A stretch of DNA of 64,000 nt from contig NC_043023.1 in NCBI RefSeq assembly GCF_006345805.1, forward strand, positions 13,206,001 through 13,270,000, given 5' to 3'. Below, in pieces: positions 1-12,481 of this stretch. The translations under genes were made by a program, and so were the position numbers. This stretch comes from Octopus sinensis. Lineage: Eukaryota. The notes under the pieces are model-generated. The model did no database searches. It saw only the letters and a program-made list of their open reading frames with translations, and was not told the origin of the DNA. Position 1 is the first letter of the stretch, and every line of letters starts with the position of its first letter.

Positions 1-285
1 CCTTCCTAACGCCAACCACTCCGTGAGTGTAGTGGGTGCTTTTTATGTGCCAGACGAGGCTGGCGAACGGCCACGCTTGGATGGTGCTTTTTACATGCCA
101 CCAGCACGGAGGCAAGGCAAGGCTGGCAACGGCCATGATCGGATGGTGTTTGTTACGTGCCACCAGCATGGAGGCTAGTCGATGCGGTGCTGGCCACGGC
201 CACATTCGGATGGTTCTCTCATCTGCCACCGGCACTGGTACCACAACTACAAATTCCATTGATGTTGATCGATTTCAATTTGATT
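1..285 (-). mobile_element. Short retroposon of the (GAT)n-tailed family (RTE-like tail), partial
   Basis: Reverse complement of the copies at 2419-2610, 26970-27345 and 44370-44650; internal ggtgc-tttt-acgtgcca subrepeats. Confidence 0.7.
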
Positions 286-509
286 TTTTGATTTTTAAAT
301 GTTAATATACACACCATAAAGTAGTGCAGCTTAGTGAATGAAATCTTGAAATCAGTTGTGTTGTCTTAAATATCAGTCTTTCGGAGCTCATATTGCACTG
401 TAGTTCCAATATCTGCCACTATGTGTCTCTGTCACTCGTGATTCCTGCAATTGCTTTGAATCCAATTTTGTTTATGTCTGTTAATTGGCCACTTTCTCTT
501 ACTACTTAC

Positions 510-770
510 TTGTACTTGTGGCAACATTCACCCTGGGTGGGTTGAATCGGCTTCTTCTACCACCCTCGAGGCATCTTGAACCATGGCACCCCATGCACGA
601 CGGTCCTACACCAGTTCACCGGAGATAGTGAGCCAGTCACGGTTCCATTGGTGCAGGCTGACTACCTGCGGTCCCGTGAGCACGGAGAGGTCCTCCTTGA
701 TAGTCGTGGCTCAAGTCTTCAGATGACCGCCCGCGCGTTTCTGCCAGTTGGGAGATGGACATCATGGCTC
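510..770 (-). mobile_element. RTE-clade LINE 3' fragment
   Basis: Minus-strand translation with stops (ATTIKEDL..WNRDWLTISGELV*DRRAW..ADSTHPG*) resembles the RTE C-terminus at 31143-31410. Confidence 0.6.
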
Positions 771-999
771 GGTTCACCCACCCAATTCGACATTATTATT
801 AAAATACCTCAATTCTATCAGATTCTGAAATTTTTATGTACACACACACACAAACAAACAGTATACATTGGCTGTTATTTTCAGCACAGTAGATGGGCAC
901 AAGTAACAGAGCACAGTGTCAACAGACATGCTTTCGAGAGATGTGATAAAAATAACAGCCAAATAGACCTCAAGTCAAGCAGCCCGTCATTTTTTTAAA

Positions 1000-1365
1000 C
1001 AGGCTGTGTGGTAAGTAGCTTGCTTAACAACCACATGATTTCGGGTTCAGTCCCACTGCGTGGCATCTTGGGCAAGTGTCTTCTGCTATAGCATCGGGCC
1101 GACCAATGCCTTGTGAGTGGATTTGGTAGACGGAAACTGAAAGAAGCCTGTCGTATATATGTATGTGTGTGTATATGTTTGTCCCCCTAGCATTGCTTGA
1201 CAACCGATGCTGGTGTGTTTACGTCCCCGTCACTTAGCGGTTCGGCAAAAGTGACCAATAGAATAACTACTAGGCTTACAAAGAATAAGTCCTTGGGTCG
1301 ATTTAATCTACTAAAGGCAGTGCTCCAGCATGGCCGCAGTCAAATGACTGAAACAAGTAAAAAAG
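1000..1365 (+). mobile_element. tRNA-derived CORE-type SINE (family A)
   Basis: ggctgtgtggtaag head, B-box-like ggttcagtccc, cttgggcaagtg core, gactgaaacaagtaaaa tail; many copies in the window. Confidence 0.85.
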
Positions 1366-1544
1366 AGAGAGAGAGACCTAAATCAGATTTACACCATTTG
1401 TCTAGAGCCAGAAATTTTACACCATGGAAGTGGATCCAGGCAATGACTTTCCCCAACATGTCAAATCAAACTCTAGAGATTCTATTGATTGCTTTAGTTT
1501 ATTCTTATCCGTAAAGATAGGTATTCCTGTCACGATCTCCATCG

Positions 1545-1752
1545 GCTGCAAGCTGGCAGAATCATTAGCATGCCGGGCGAAATGCTTAGCGGTATTTCGT
1601 CTGTCTTTACATTCTGGGTTCAAATTCTGTCGAGGTTGACTTTGCCTTTCATCCTTTTAGGATCGATAAATTAAGTACCAGTTACGCACTGGGGTCGACA
1701 TAATCTGTCTGTCCTTTCTGTGTTTAGCCCCTTGTGGGTAGTAAAGAAATAG
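1545..1752 (+). mobile_element. tRNA-derived SINE (family B)
   Basis: gggttcaaattc B-box followed by gactttgcctttcatcc..taagtaccagttacgcactggggtcga; same family as 5607-5839, 25788-25999, 45492-45712. Confidence 0.8.
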
Positions 1753-2418
1753 ATATCCATCCACTTGTTTGTCATATTTTTTTAATGCATTCACTTTTCA
1801 TTTGAAAAACATGTCCTACCCATCTTCACTGAATTCTCATCAACACGCTTTGGATGCTGGACATACCACATGTGTCTAAGATTTTGACATTTGATGTCTT
1901 ATCATGCCATTTTGTTGCATATTTTTTGCAAACATCATATGCGAAAAGTTTGAAGTATTTTTTTTATTTCTGTGTAGAAGGGAGTCCCTGCTTCTGCCGC
2001 ATACAAAGATATGCTCAAAATACAAGATTTGTATACATTTATTTTAGTTATCAGACTGATATCATGTTCAAACACACACATACATATATCGAACTAAATA
2101 CACAATTGAAAGGGCTACTACTAGTTTCAAGCTATTATGATACTTGAAAAGGCATATTTATAAAATACACCATGTATCTTAAGGGCATACCGCCAGAGAA
2201 ACCAAGCCAAATCTAACAGGAACCTGGAACAGCACTCTGGCTTGACAGCTCATGTTACACTTGCCCACCCAAGCCTACAGACAAAAGGATGATGATGATC
2301 AAAACACAACAAAGACAAATCAATGTCACTTTCAAATTTTATTCCTTATTCCCATTCTTTTATTCTCTCATAACAAATTCCTCAAAAATTCATAATCCTC
2401 TTAATATACATACATACA

Positions 2419-2610
2419 TGCCAGTAGCGCCTGACTAGCACCCTCTACACTCTCGGAGTGGTTGGCGTTAGGAAGGGCATCCAGCTGTAGAAACTCTGCC
2501 AGATCAAGATTGGGGTCTGGTGCAGCCATCTGGTTCGCCAGACCGCAGTCAAATCGTCCAACCCATGCTAGCATGGAAAGCAGACGTTAAACGATGATGA
2601 TGATGATAAC
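2419..2610 (+). mobile_element. 3' part of (GAT)n-tailed retroposon
   Basis: ggttggcgttaggaagggcatcc..catggaaagc..aaacgatgatgatgatgat tail. Confidence 0.7.
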
Positions 2611-2762
2611 ATGATGTTGAAGTTGATATTCATAAATTTCATATTGACATTGATGAAATTGAAGTTGATAACATGAAGCTTTAAGAGGAATAAACCCTGT
2701 TATTCATCTGACAAAATATTCATAATTTTTGTCCATTTGTAATAAATTTTGACACTGACATG

Positions 2763-3845
2763 TCAAACTTGTGTATGAATACTCACATGTGTACGTTGGT
2801 GTCTCTTTAGTTCATTATTATAAGAAAATGATTTACCACAAATATCACAACCATATGGTATCCCTGTATGAATACTTTGGTGTGTACTTAACGTAGCACT
2901 TCTGGTGAATGATTTACCACAGGTATCACAATGATATGGCTTCTCTCCTGTATGAATACGTTGGTGCTTAATCAAGTCACTATTTCCAGAAAATGATCTA
3001 CCACAGATATTACAATGATATGGCTTCTCTCCTGTATGAATGCGTTTGTGTCTAGACAATTCCCCACTTTGAATGAATGATTTACCACAGATATCACAAT
3101 GATATGGCTTCTCTCCAGTATGAATACGTTGGTGTCTAATCAATTCACTACTTCCAGAAAATGATCTTCCACAGATATCACAATGATATGGCTTCTCTCC
3201 TGTATGAATACGCTTGTGTTTAATCAAGTCACCACTTCCAGAAAATGATCTACCACAGATATTACAATAAAATGGTTTCTCACCTGTATGAGTACGTTTG
3301 TGTTTAAGCACATCGCCACTTTGAGAGAATGATTTACCACAGATATCACATTGATACGGCTTTTCCCCAGTATGAATACGTTTGTGACGAGTGAGAGTGT
3401 TATTTCTGGGAAATGATTTACCGCAGATATCACACTGGTATGGATTTTCCCCAGTATGAATGCGTTTGTGATAAGTCAATTGACTATTTCTAGCGAATGA
3501 ATTACCACAAATATCACAATGAAATGGCTTCTCTCCTGTATGTGTGAATGTGTGTCTAGTCAAGGCACTCCTGTCAGAGAATGACCAACCACAAATATCA
3601 CAGTGATGTGGTTTTTCCCCACTATGAATACGTTTGTGACAAGTCAAAGAACCCCTTTTAGAGAATGATTTATCACAGACATCACAGTGATGTGATTTAC
3701 CTCCTCTATGAATGCATTTGTGTTTGGTTAAGACTCTTTCTTCACCAAATGACTTACCACAGACATCACAATGATATGGCTTCTCTCTTGTATCAGAGGT
3801 TTTTGGTTTAGTCAAATTATTCATTATGAGAGAAAAATCTGTCAT
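2763..3845 (-). CDS. ZNF1: C2H2 zinc-finger protein, 12 fingers, subfamily I, intact
   Basis: Twelve CxxC-12x-HxxxH repeats with TGEKPY linkers; first ATG at 3845 (the ORF track starts at an upstream GTG); C-terminus HVSIHTQV*. Confidence 0.92.
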   Translation of the reverse strand: MTDFSLIMNNLTKPKTSDTREKPYHCDVCGKSFGEERVLTKHKCIHRGGKSHHCDVCDKSFSKRGSLTCHKRIHSGEKPHHCDICGWSFSDRSALTRHTFTHTGEKPFHCDICGNSFARNSQLTYHKRIHTGENPYQCDICGKSFPRNNTLTRHKRIHTGEKPYQCDICGKSFSQSGDVLKHKRTHTGEKPFYCNICGRSFSGSGDLIKHKRIHTGEKPYHCDICGRSFSGSSELIRHQRIHTGEKPYHCDICGKSFIQSGELSRHKRIHTGEKPYHCNICGRSFSGNSDLIKHQRIHTGEKPYHCDTCGKSFTRSATLSTHQSIHTGIPYGCDICGKSFSYNNELKRHQRTHVSIHTQV

Positions 3846-4250
3846 AAATATCACAATAATAGTGTGTTTTTCAAAATTCTGTGGATGTTAGTGTTTAGTT
3901 GTGTCACTATTTCCAGAGAATAATTTAATCTTATGTTTCTTTCGTTTGTGATTTTACTCAATGTCTAAAATAGAAAATGTAAACTGTGAAATCTTTTGTA
4001 AAGTTATCCAACGTTAATTAACCTGTTAATTGATAATCTCCTTTACATTCCAGACAGTGAAGAAAAACAATGTTGTGAAATACAATGTCCAGAAATTTTT
4101 TCCCATCATTTGTCGAAGATCAAATTTATATTAAGAGTTTGATGTATTGATGAATGTTTCTTGTAAATACGTGGACGTCCTTCAGTCAATAAAAACATCA
4201 GAGGCACATCTGAATGAAGAAATTTCTTTTATGTTGACACGATGTGATAT

Positions 4251-4295
4251 TCTGAAATAGGAAAAGAGGCAGTAAGATAAAGTGGATGGTTAAAC
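4251..4295 (-). promoter_or_regulatory. Putative 3' splice acceptor and branch point of the ZNF1 coding exon
   Basis: Minus strand TTAAC..polypyrimidine..TTTCAG|AATATCACATC, conserved before ZNF6 (exon start 40917) and ZNF7 (54242). Confidence 0.7.
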
Positions 4296-4469
4296 AACAG
4301 AGTAATTCAATTTTACGACATCAATTGTCATCCATTTAATATCTACGTTTGCATGGGTCAGAATCCATTGAGGCATTGAAACTTTTACAACATTCTGTAT
4401 ATAGATGAATCGCTTCAACATTTCTCTAATTATTTATCTGTTTTCTTTCTCTTCTCTCCTTTCACCTGT

Positions 4470-4760
4470 GAAGTGGCATGGCTTAGTGGTTAGGGTATTT
4501 CACTCACAATTGTAAAGTTGTGAGTTTGATACACAGTGGTGCAATGAGTCTCCAAGCCATTTTATTTCACTTTGCATCAGTCCACTCAGGTGTCAAAAAT
4601 GAGTTTCACCTGTAATTCAAAGGGCCAGTCTTCTCACCATCCGTGTCATGCTGTACCTCACTGAAGACTATATCAAGGGTCCCCATGTCTGTGGAATACT
4701 CAGCCATTTGCATGTTAATTCCATGAGCAGGCTTTTCAGTTGATTGGATAAACTAAAACA
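4470..4760 (+). mobile_element. Degenerate tRNA-derived SINE (family C-like)
   Basis: ggcttagtggttagg A-box-like head and agtccactcag central motif. Confidence 0.5.
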
Positions 4761-4824
4761 CAGAGTGTCAGTTACTGTTTTACCCAGGGACTGTGGCTAT
4801 GCTGGAGTACTTCTCTTAGAGATT

Positions 4825-5310
4825 CCATTTAAAAATACCAATTTTTAAGAAAGTGACGAGGAAACGAAGTCGGTGGGGTACATTTAAGTAATTACCCCAG
4901 ACGGATTTGTAGTTATTCTATCAGAATTAATTAGGCAAGTTTCCTCTTATTGTGCAGTAATTAAACGTAAAGAACATGTATCGATTTTGAATTACCGTTA
5001 ATCTACGAAATCTTTTATCTATTTACTTTCTATCACATGTAACGATTTTGATTTACCGTTAATCTGCCAAATCTTCTGAAATATAGTCATGGAAAATTTC
5101 ATTAAAAAATACCAATCTAAAAGTGAGTAGGAAAGAAAGTCAGTGGGGCACATTTATGTACTTATACCAGACCGATTAGTTAGTCTATCACAATTAATTA
5201 GGCACCTTTTCTCTCATTATGCAGTAATTAAATGTAACAAACATCAAACGATTCTGAATTACCGTTAATCTACGAAATCTTTTATCTATTTACTTTCTAT
5301 CACATGTAAC
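4825..5310. repeat. Imperfect direct duplication in the ZNF1 intron
   Basis: Two copies of aaaaataccaat..ctatcacatgtaac; a related sequence lies inverted at 50265-50985. Confidence 0.65.
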
Positions 5311-5606
5311 TCTCATCGGACTTTACTCTGAAAGTTCAAATTCCACCGAGGTTCATTTTGCCTTTCAGACTTTCGAGTTCAATAAAATAAGAAGCAGGGG
5401 TCTTAATACAATAGAATTACACCTCCCAACTAAATTACAGGCCCGATGCCTTAAGTAAAAATGCTTATCATCATCATCATCGTCGTTATTATCCATACAC
5501 TCTGAAAAGAATTTAAGTCAAATCTCGACTTCGGCAGAAAGTTCTGAGTTCAAATACGGCCGAGGTCGATCTTGCCTTTCTGGAAATACTGGGGTCCATA
5601 TATTCT

Positions 5607-5839
5607 TAATTCTTTATTACCCACAAGGGGCTAAACACAGAGGGGACAAACAAGGACAGACAAACGGATTAAGTCGATTACATCGACCCCGGTGCGTAAC
5701 TGGTCCTTAATTTATCGACCCCGAAAGGATGAAAGGCAAAGTCGACCTCGGCGGATTTTGAACTAAGAACGTAGCAGCAGACGAAATACCGCTAGGCATT
5801 TCGCCAAGCGTGCTAACATTTCTGCCAGCTCGCTGCCTT
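5607..5839 (-). mobile_element. Family B SINE with 16-bp TSD
   Basis: ggggtccatatattct at 5591-5606 and 5840-5855. Confidence 0.85.
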
Positions 5840-6109
5840 GGGGTCCATATATTCTACTTCTCGCTCACATGAAAGGTTGATGACCTGGGCCAAAATTTGG
5901 GGTGGGGGTACCCAGCTATCCATGATTTTGGAACATTGTTCCTCACCCCTTTAGAACACAGATCGCCATTGCAATTCTTTTCTCCACTTTGTCTTTTCAG
6001 TACAAAATGAAACATGTAATTCTTCCTTTTCCGAATTTGGCAACGATGGAAAGTGTAGAAGGTAGCTTCCACAGATAGAAACAGACACCAAACCCACACA
6101 AGTCAAAAA

Positions 6110-6690
6110 TATATCTCTTCCATAGCTAGAAATAGCTGCCAAATCCCACACAATTCATAGTCAACGCTCTTCCATAGTTAGAAATAGCTGCCAAATCCCA
6201 CATAAATCAAAGATATATCTCTTCCATTGCTAGAAATAGCTGCCAAATCCCATATAAATCAAAGATATATCTCTTCCATTGCTAGAAATAGCAGTCAAAT
6301 CCCGCACAAATCATAGACATTTTTCTTTCACAGCTAGAAATATCAACCAAATCTCGCACAAATCATAGAATCTCTTTTACGTTGCTAGAAATAGCAGCAA
6401 AATCCCGCATAAATCAAAGATATATCTCTTCCATAGCTAGAAACAGCAGCCAAATACCACACAATTTATGGTCGTCTCTCTTCCACAGTTAGAAATTGCA
6501 GCCAAATCCCGCATAAATCAAAGATATATCTCTTCAATAGTTAGAAATAGCAGTCAAATCATGGTCATCTTTCTTTCAAAGCTGGAAATATCAACAAAAT
6601 ATCGTACAAATCATAGAATCCCTTGTGAGTTGCTAGAAATAGCAGCCAAATCCCGCACGAATCACGGACATCTCTCATTCATAAAACATA
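6110..6690. repeat. Intronic ~52-bp minisatellite (ctagaaatagcagccaaatccc..)
   Basis: About 10 diverged units; same family at 12270-12480, 14310-14500, 20370-20630, 24720-24820 and inverted at 15700-15860 and 52139-52645. Confidence 0.85.
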
Positions 6691-6769
6691 GAAAAGACAC
6701 AAAGAATTGAGGCGCCAAAAACCGAAAGTCTCCAGAATTAAAAAACATTAAATCTTTTCATTGTTTAAT

Positions 6770-6966
6770 ACTTACGCAAAGGTTTCATAAAGGACAGTGG
6801 TGTTGTTTATATATGTGTGTATATGGCAGTTGAAAAATGCATTATAAGTACGTATTTTAAGTATTATAAACGTATTATTATTATCAGCTGATTAAAAGAA
6901 ATTCATTCGGAGTACGTTTGACCCGGAAGTCAACATCAAGTAGGAACCACGTTCAATGCGCATGCG
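6770..6966 (-). promoter_or_regulatory. Putative promoter / non-coding exon 1 cassette, copy 1 (ZNF1)
   Basis: CCGGAAGT 6923-6930, TGCGCATGCG 6957-6966, minus-strand donor TTTGC|GTAAGT at 6770-6775. Confidence 0.65.
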
Positions 6967-7381
6967 TCTCTCGATCATGAAATATGACATCAAAGACTAA
7001 TTACCTCCCTTTAACAAACGGTAGAATGCTTTCGATTTGTAGGTTCGATCCACAGCAACAATTAATCCATTCATCGTGGGCCCCGTGTTTTAAAGTGTTG
7101 TTTATAGTTTAATAACCTTTCTTGACGCCAACCTCTTCCCTGCCTTTTATAGCATAGAGTGACATGCTTTCCTGTCGAAATTCCTTCTATGTATAACAGA
7201 AAATCACCAGTCAATGACTTTAGATTTATTCATACACAAAAACAAATATAATAGTTTGCACCAGCTGCATATTTGTTCTGCAGCTCTACACAAACTACCT
7301 CACTGGATATTCCAATTGTCATTCATCTCCCCGTTTTTCTCAAACTCTTTCATTAGTTCTTCTCATCTCAAACTGCTTTAA

Positions 7382-7602
7382 CCCTTTCGTGACCAACCTG
7401 CCTGAGACTGCCTCAGGCTCTGTACTACAAATGTCTTGTTTTCAAAAGATCTGAATTAAAATCTTCCACCAAACCTTAGTCACAATTTATGTTCCTAACA
7501 CCAGCTTAATGATAACTAAGTTATTTTACTAAATTCTTTGTTATATTTAAAATTATTGAAAGAAAAACAGAGCATCTCAATAGAAATATGCTAACAAAAG
7601 GG
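7382..7602. mobile_element. piggyBac-type MITE
   Basis: TTAA|CCCTT..AAGGG|TTAA termini; a degenerate second copy follows at about 7630-7855. Confidence 0.75.
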
Positions 7603-8669
7603 TTAAAATATATAATACAGAAACAATTGTTAACCCGTTTGATACAAGCTTAGCTGAAATTGTCTCAGGACCCGTAGAACAAATGTCTTGTTTTCAAAAC
7701 ATCTGAATTAAAATCTTCTACTAAATCTTAATCACAATTTGTTCCTAACTCTACCCTAAGGATGACTACATTATTTTAATAATTCTATGTTATATTTAAA
7801 ATTAATTGTAAGAAACACAGAGTATCTCCACAGAATTATGGTAACAAAATGCTTAAGAATCCCTAAATTTCTAGGCTTTCCATTTTTAGACTGGTTGAAA
7901 TCTCTCAGACCTTCAAGCTCTAAGTCTCAAATCACTCACTGCCAACCTATGTTGTTAATTCCTTTCTTTACCTGGGAAGAACTGGGCATTCACAGGTATC
8001 TGCCTGTTCTGCTTTCTAGTAAGAATGTAGCCAGTCTGGCTGGTGTGTCACCAGATTTTTAGTTGATCAAGAGTCTGGTAGGGTTCTCCAAGTTATGAAG
8101 TTAGGGTTGACGAAAACAGGGTGGGGTTCATAATAAGAATCTCTTCCAAAATGTTCGTTTTCAAGTTTATGAAAATAATCTGAATCTGGACCTTTGAACA
8201 CTTATCTCTGAAAAGCTTAATTTGAAGAAACCATTATTCAGAAACTAACAAGGAATCCATCTAGTGTGGGGCACTAAACTATACGTATGCCTCATATTCT
8301 TCCTTTCTGGTCTCTCCTGCTTTTATAGCTCTGGAAACTTCCCTGATCAACCATTATGTCACCCTTCACCTGGCTGGCATATTTAATGAGTGAAGCATTT
8401 AAAATACAATAAACCATAAATATACTTTAATTACAAGATGCAATATTCAAGAAAAATAATGTGTAGGGGTGTCAGGAGGAGGAGATTTGGTATAAGAGGT
8501 CCTTACACCATGGAAAAGAAACTGCATGAGTGGTCAAGGATGGAGTGGAAGGTGAATATTGCAAAAACAAAACAAACAACTGAAATTCTGGGAAATATTT
8601 TAATCATAATTTCCATTGCATAAAACACAGGAATATTAAACAAATATAGCAAACAGGAAACTATAGAGA

Positions 8670-10679
8670 CTACCCTTTTCCTTTCACCCCTGTATGAATA
8701 TGTTTATGTCTTGTTAAATGACTATTCTGAGAGAATGATTTACCACAGATATCACATCGATATGGCTTCTCTCCGGTATGGATATGTTTGTGTTGTGTTA
8801 GTGAACTACTTACAGAGAATGTATTACCACAGATATCACAACTGTATGGCTTCTCTCCTGTGTGAATACGTTTGTGACGACTTAAGTGAATATTCTGAGT
8901 GAATGATTTACCACAGATATCACAATGAAATGGCTTCTCACCTGTATGAATACGTCTGTGCCTAGTCAAATGACAACTTACAGAGAATGTATTACCACAG
9001 ATATCACAATGATAGGGTTTCTCTCCTGTGTGAATACGTTTGTGTCTTGTTAAGTGAATATTCTGAGTGAATGATTTACCACAGATATCACAACGATATG
9101 GTTTCTCTCCTGTGTGAATATGTTTATGTGCAGTTAAGGCACTATTTTCAGAGAATGATTTACTACAGATACCACTCCGATATGGCTTCTCTCCTGTATG
9201 AATACGTTTGTGTCTAAGTAAGGCACTATGGTCAGAGAATGATTTACCACAAATATCACAGCGATACGGCTTCTCTCCTGTATGAATACGTTTGTGTTGT
9301 GTTAACGAACTACGTTCAGAGAATGATTTACCACAGATATCACAACGATATGGCTTCTCTCCTGTATGAACACGTTTGTGTACTGTTAAGTTACTATTGC
9401 CAGAGAATGATTTACCACAGATATCACATCGATATGGCTTCTCTCCGGTATGGATATGTTTGTGTTGTGTTAGTGAACTACTTACAGAGAATGTATTACC
9501 ACAGATATCACAATGATAGGGTTTCTCTCCTGTGTGAATACGTTTGTGTATTGTTAATTGAAAATTCTGAGTGAATGATTTACTACAGACATCACAACGA
9601 TATGGCTTCTCTCCTGTATGAATACGTTTGTGTTGTGTTAGAGAACTACTTAGAGAGAATATATTACCACAGATATCACAATGATACGGTTTCTCTCCTG
9701 TGTGTATACGTTTGTGTTGTGTTAGTGAACTATTTTGCGAGAATGATTTACCACAGATATCACAACGATATGGCTTCTCTCCTGTGTGAATATGTTTATG
9801 TGCAGTTAAGGCACCATTTTCAGAGAATGATTTACCACAGACATCACACCGATATGGCTTCTCTCCTGTATGAATACGTTTGTGTGCTGTAAAGTTACTA
9901 TTTTTAGAGAATGATTTACCACAGATATCACAACGATATGGCTTCTCCCCTGCATGAATACGTTTGTGTCTAGACAAGACTCCACTTTGAGAGAATGATT
10001 TACCACAGATATCACAGAATGGCGTCTCACCTGTATGAATACGTTTGTGTCTTAGTAAGGTAATATTGACAGAGAATGATTTACCACACATATCGCAACG
10101 ATATGGCTTCTCTCCTGTATGAGTACGATTGTGTACAGTCAAGTGAATATTCCGAGTGAATGATTTACCACAGATATCACAACGATATGGCTTCTCTCCT
10201 GTGTGAATACGTTTGTGTGCTGTTAAGGAACTATTGTCAGAGAATGATTTACCACAGATATCACAACGATATGGCTTCTCTCCTGTGTGAATACGTTTGT
10301 GTGCTGTTAAGGAACTATTGTCAGAGAATGATTTACCACAGATATCACAACGATATGGCTTCTCTCCTGTATGAATACGTTTGTGTACTGTTAAGGTACA
10401 ATTGTAAGAGAATGATTTACCACAGATATCACACCGATATGGCTTCTCTCCCGTATGAATACGATTGTGTACAGTCAAGTGAATACTTTGAGAGAATGAT
10501 TTACCACAGATATCACAGTGCAATGGTTTCTCTCTTGCATGAATACATTTGTGGGAAATTAGGATACCTTTGAGAGAGAAAACCTTTTTACAGATGTCAC
10601 ATTCATAAGACAAATTTTTCTCTTCTTTTATCATTTGTTCAGAAGTAATCAATTCTTGAAGTTTCTCACTCTTTTCCAT
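8670..10679 (-). CDS. ZNF2: C2H2 zinc-finger protein, 23 fingers (finger 18 lacks its first Cys), subfamily II, intact
   Basis: 669-aa ORF; N-terminus [17 protein letters not shown]-terminus HTGVKGKG*; acceptor TTTCAG|AAC with exon start at 11033. Confidence 0.93.
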   Translation of the reverse strand: MEKSEKLQELITSEQMIKEEKNLSYECDICKKVFSLKGILISHKCIHAREKPLHCDICGKSFSQSIHLTVHNRIHTGEKPYRCDICGKSFSYNCTLTVHKRIHTGEKPYRCDICGKSFSDNSSLTAHKRIHTGEKPYRCDICGKSFSDNSSLTAHKRIHTGEKPYRCDICGKSFTRNIHLTVHNRTHTGEKPYRCDMCGKSFSVNITLLRHKRIHTGETPFCDICGKSFSQSGVLSRHKRIHAGEKPYRCDICGKSFSKNSNFTAHKRIHTGEKPYRCDVCGKSFSENGALTAHKHIHTGEKPYRCDICGKSFSQNSSLTQHKRIHTGEKPYHCDICGNIFSLSSSLTQHKRIHTGEKPYRCDVCSKSFTQNFQLTIHKRIHTGEKPYHCDICGNTFSVSSSLTQHKHIHTGEKPYRCDICGKSFSGNSNLTVHKRVHTGEKPYRCDICGKSFSERSSLTQHKRIHTGEKPYRCDICGKSFSDHSALLRHKRIHTGEKPYRSGICSKSFSENSALTAHKHIHTGEKPYRCDICGKSFTQNIHLTRHKRIHTGEKPYHCDICGNTFSVSCHLTRHRRIHTGEKPFHCDICGKSFTQNIHLSRHKRIHTGEKPYSCDICGNTFSVSSSLTQHKHIHTGEKPYRCDICGKSFSQNSHLTRHKHIHTGVKGKG

Positions 10680-11408
10680 AATTTTCTACTCGAATCCCAA
10701 TGAAAATATTTTTCCTATTTTATTCTTATACTTAATTCCTTACAAATACTCCTGCTCCTGTATTTCTGTCCACTGTTACCTTTTTCTAGCAGCAATTACA
10801 TAAATTTATCCAAGTTTCACCAGCACAGAAGCCCCTCTTCTTGATACTCCAGTCAGTGTTGTTCCGAGTCCTGGCTAATAGTATTATTTCAGAGCAAATG
10901 TTTCACAGGAATTCTACAACAGATTTCTACAAACAATGTTATACATCTGTTCTGCATAATATTTTGCTTTAGTCTTCAAAAAATGGTAAATATTGAGGAT
11001 GTTTCTTCTGTTACGTCAATGTCAGTTGATGTTCTGAAATTATAGAGAAACAACAGTGAAAGCTTTAGAGGCTATGTCAAAAATACAGATTCGTTTCTGT
11101 TGAGATGAATTATAGAAATAAACATTCAACAACTGAATGTTTTAATTTATTAAAATTTACATCAGAAAATCTTGTGTAAAGCGTACATATCCATACAGTT
11201 TACATACACACACAAACATCTATATATACATCTGTGTGTGTATAAGTTTATGTCTGTGTATGAGTGTGAATCCGTGTGCTGTGCGCGCAGATCTGTTTCT
11301 GCCTATGTCTCATAAATAATGCCTCTTTAATTTTTCAAAATCAAAATAAACGAATTTCTTTTTCAATCTAAAATATACTCTCCTTCATTTTCTACAATGC
11401 TCTTCCAT

Positions 11409-11660
11409 CTATGCAGCAAACATGCAGAGTACTCTTCCAAAATTCACCTGTCCGTGATGAAAAATACTCCTCCAGTATTGTTCTCTCAGATGTCGATGAA
11501 TGGTTGAATGACCAAATCCAAGCATCTCTGACAGTTCTTCAACAGTCAGGATGGGATTTTGTTCCACCAGAATTTGTACATTGTCCTCATTGAGCTCTAC
11601 AGATCTTCCAGGACAAGGCTCGTCTTCTAGCCTGTAGTTTCTGGCTTGCAATTTCTGCAA
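11409..11660 (-). mobile_element. mariner-family transposase relic (HTH region) in the ZNF2 intron
   Basis: LEDEPCPGRSVE..QNPILTVEELSEMLGFGHSTIHRHL matches the mariner DEPRSGRP..HSTIHRHL pattern. Confidence 0.75.
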
Positions 11661-12481
11661 CCACTGCTCACACTGGCTTATGCTTAATGTCCAATCCCCA
11701 TAGACTGTATTAACCCTTTCGTTACTGTATTTATTTTGAGATGCTCTGTGTTTCTTTCAATTACTGCTTCCCATTTGCTTGGCAGACAGTCAGACCGCCG
11801 TTTAAAGATGTTTTTGTTAAATAATTATGCACCAACCCAATAATCATAATCTAAACGGTTTCAAAGGTATTCTCCTCAAAGTTATAAAGGGGCAGATGTC
11901 GGGTCGTGTGACTTTACCAAAACTCCTCTGCCAGTCTCCTCGGAAGAATTTTCTCCAACAAATCTTTAGGTACACCCAACCTACAGGATCCAAGAGATTA
12001 TTTGTTGAAAGTTTTAGTAAAAAGTATCTATTTTCTGGAAGTTATGAGACAATAAATTCGGGGTGGGGGTACCCAGCTATCCATGATTTTGGAACGTTGT
12101 TCCTCACCCCTTTAGAACACAGATCGCCATTGCAATTCTTTTCTCCATTTTGTCTTTTCAGTACAAAATGAAACATGTAATTCTTCCTTTTCCGAATTTG
12201 GCAACGATGGAAAGAGTAGAAGGTAGCTTTCACAGATAGAAACAGACACCAAACCCACACAAATCAAACATATATCTCTTTCATAGCTAGAAATAGCAGC
12301 CAAATCCCACACAATTCAGTCATCGCTCTTCCATAGTTAGAAATAGCAGCCAAATTTCGCACAAATCAAGGACAACTCTCTCCCATAGCTAGAAATAGTA
12401 GCCATATGCCGACCAAATCAAAGATATATCTCTTCCATAGCTAGAAATAGCAGCCAAATCCAACACAATTCATAGTCGTTA

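Noticed and set aside
5854-6151. Short ORFs repeated at 12042-12312 and 20138-20408
   Set aside because: Similarity reflects segmental duplication of intron and minisatellite; no recognisable domain
8711-10573. Plus-strand ORFs of the type [20 protein letters not shown] (also opposite ZNF3-7)
   Set aside because: Antisense shadow frames of the 84-bp zinc-finger repeat; interrupted by regular stops
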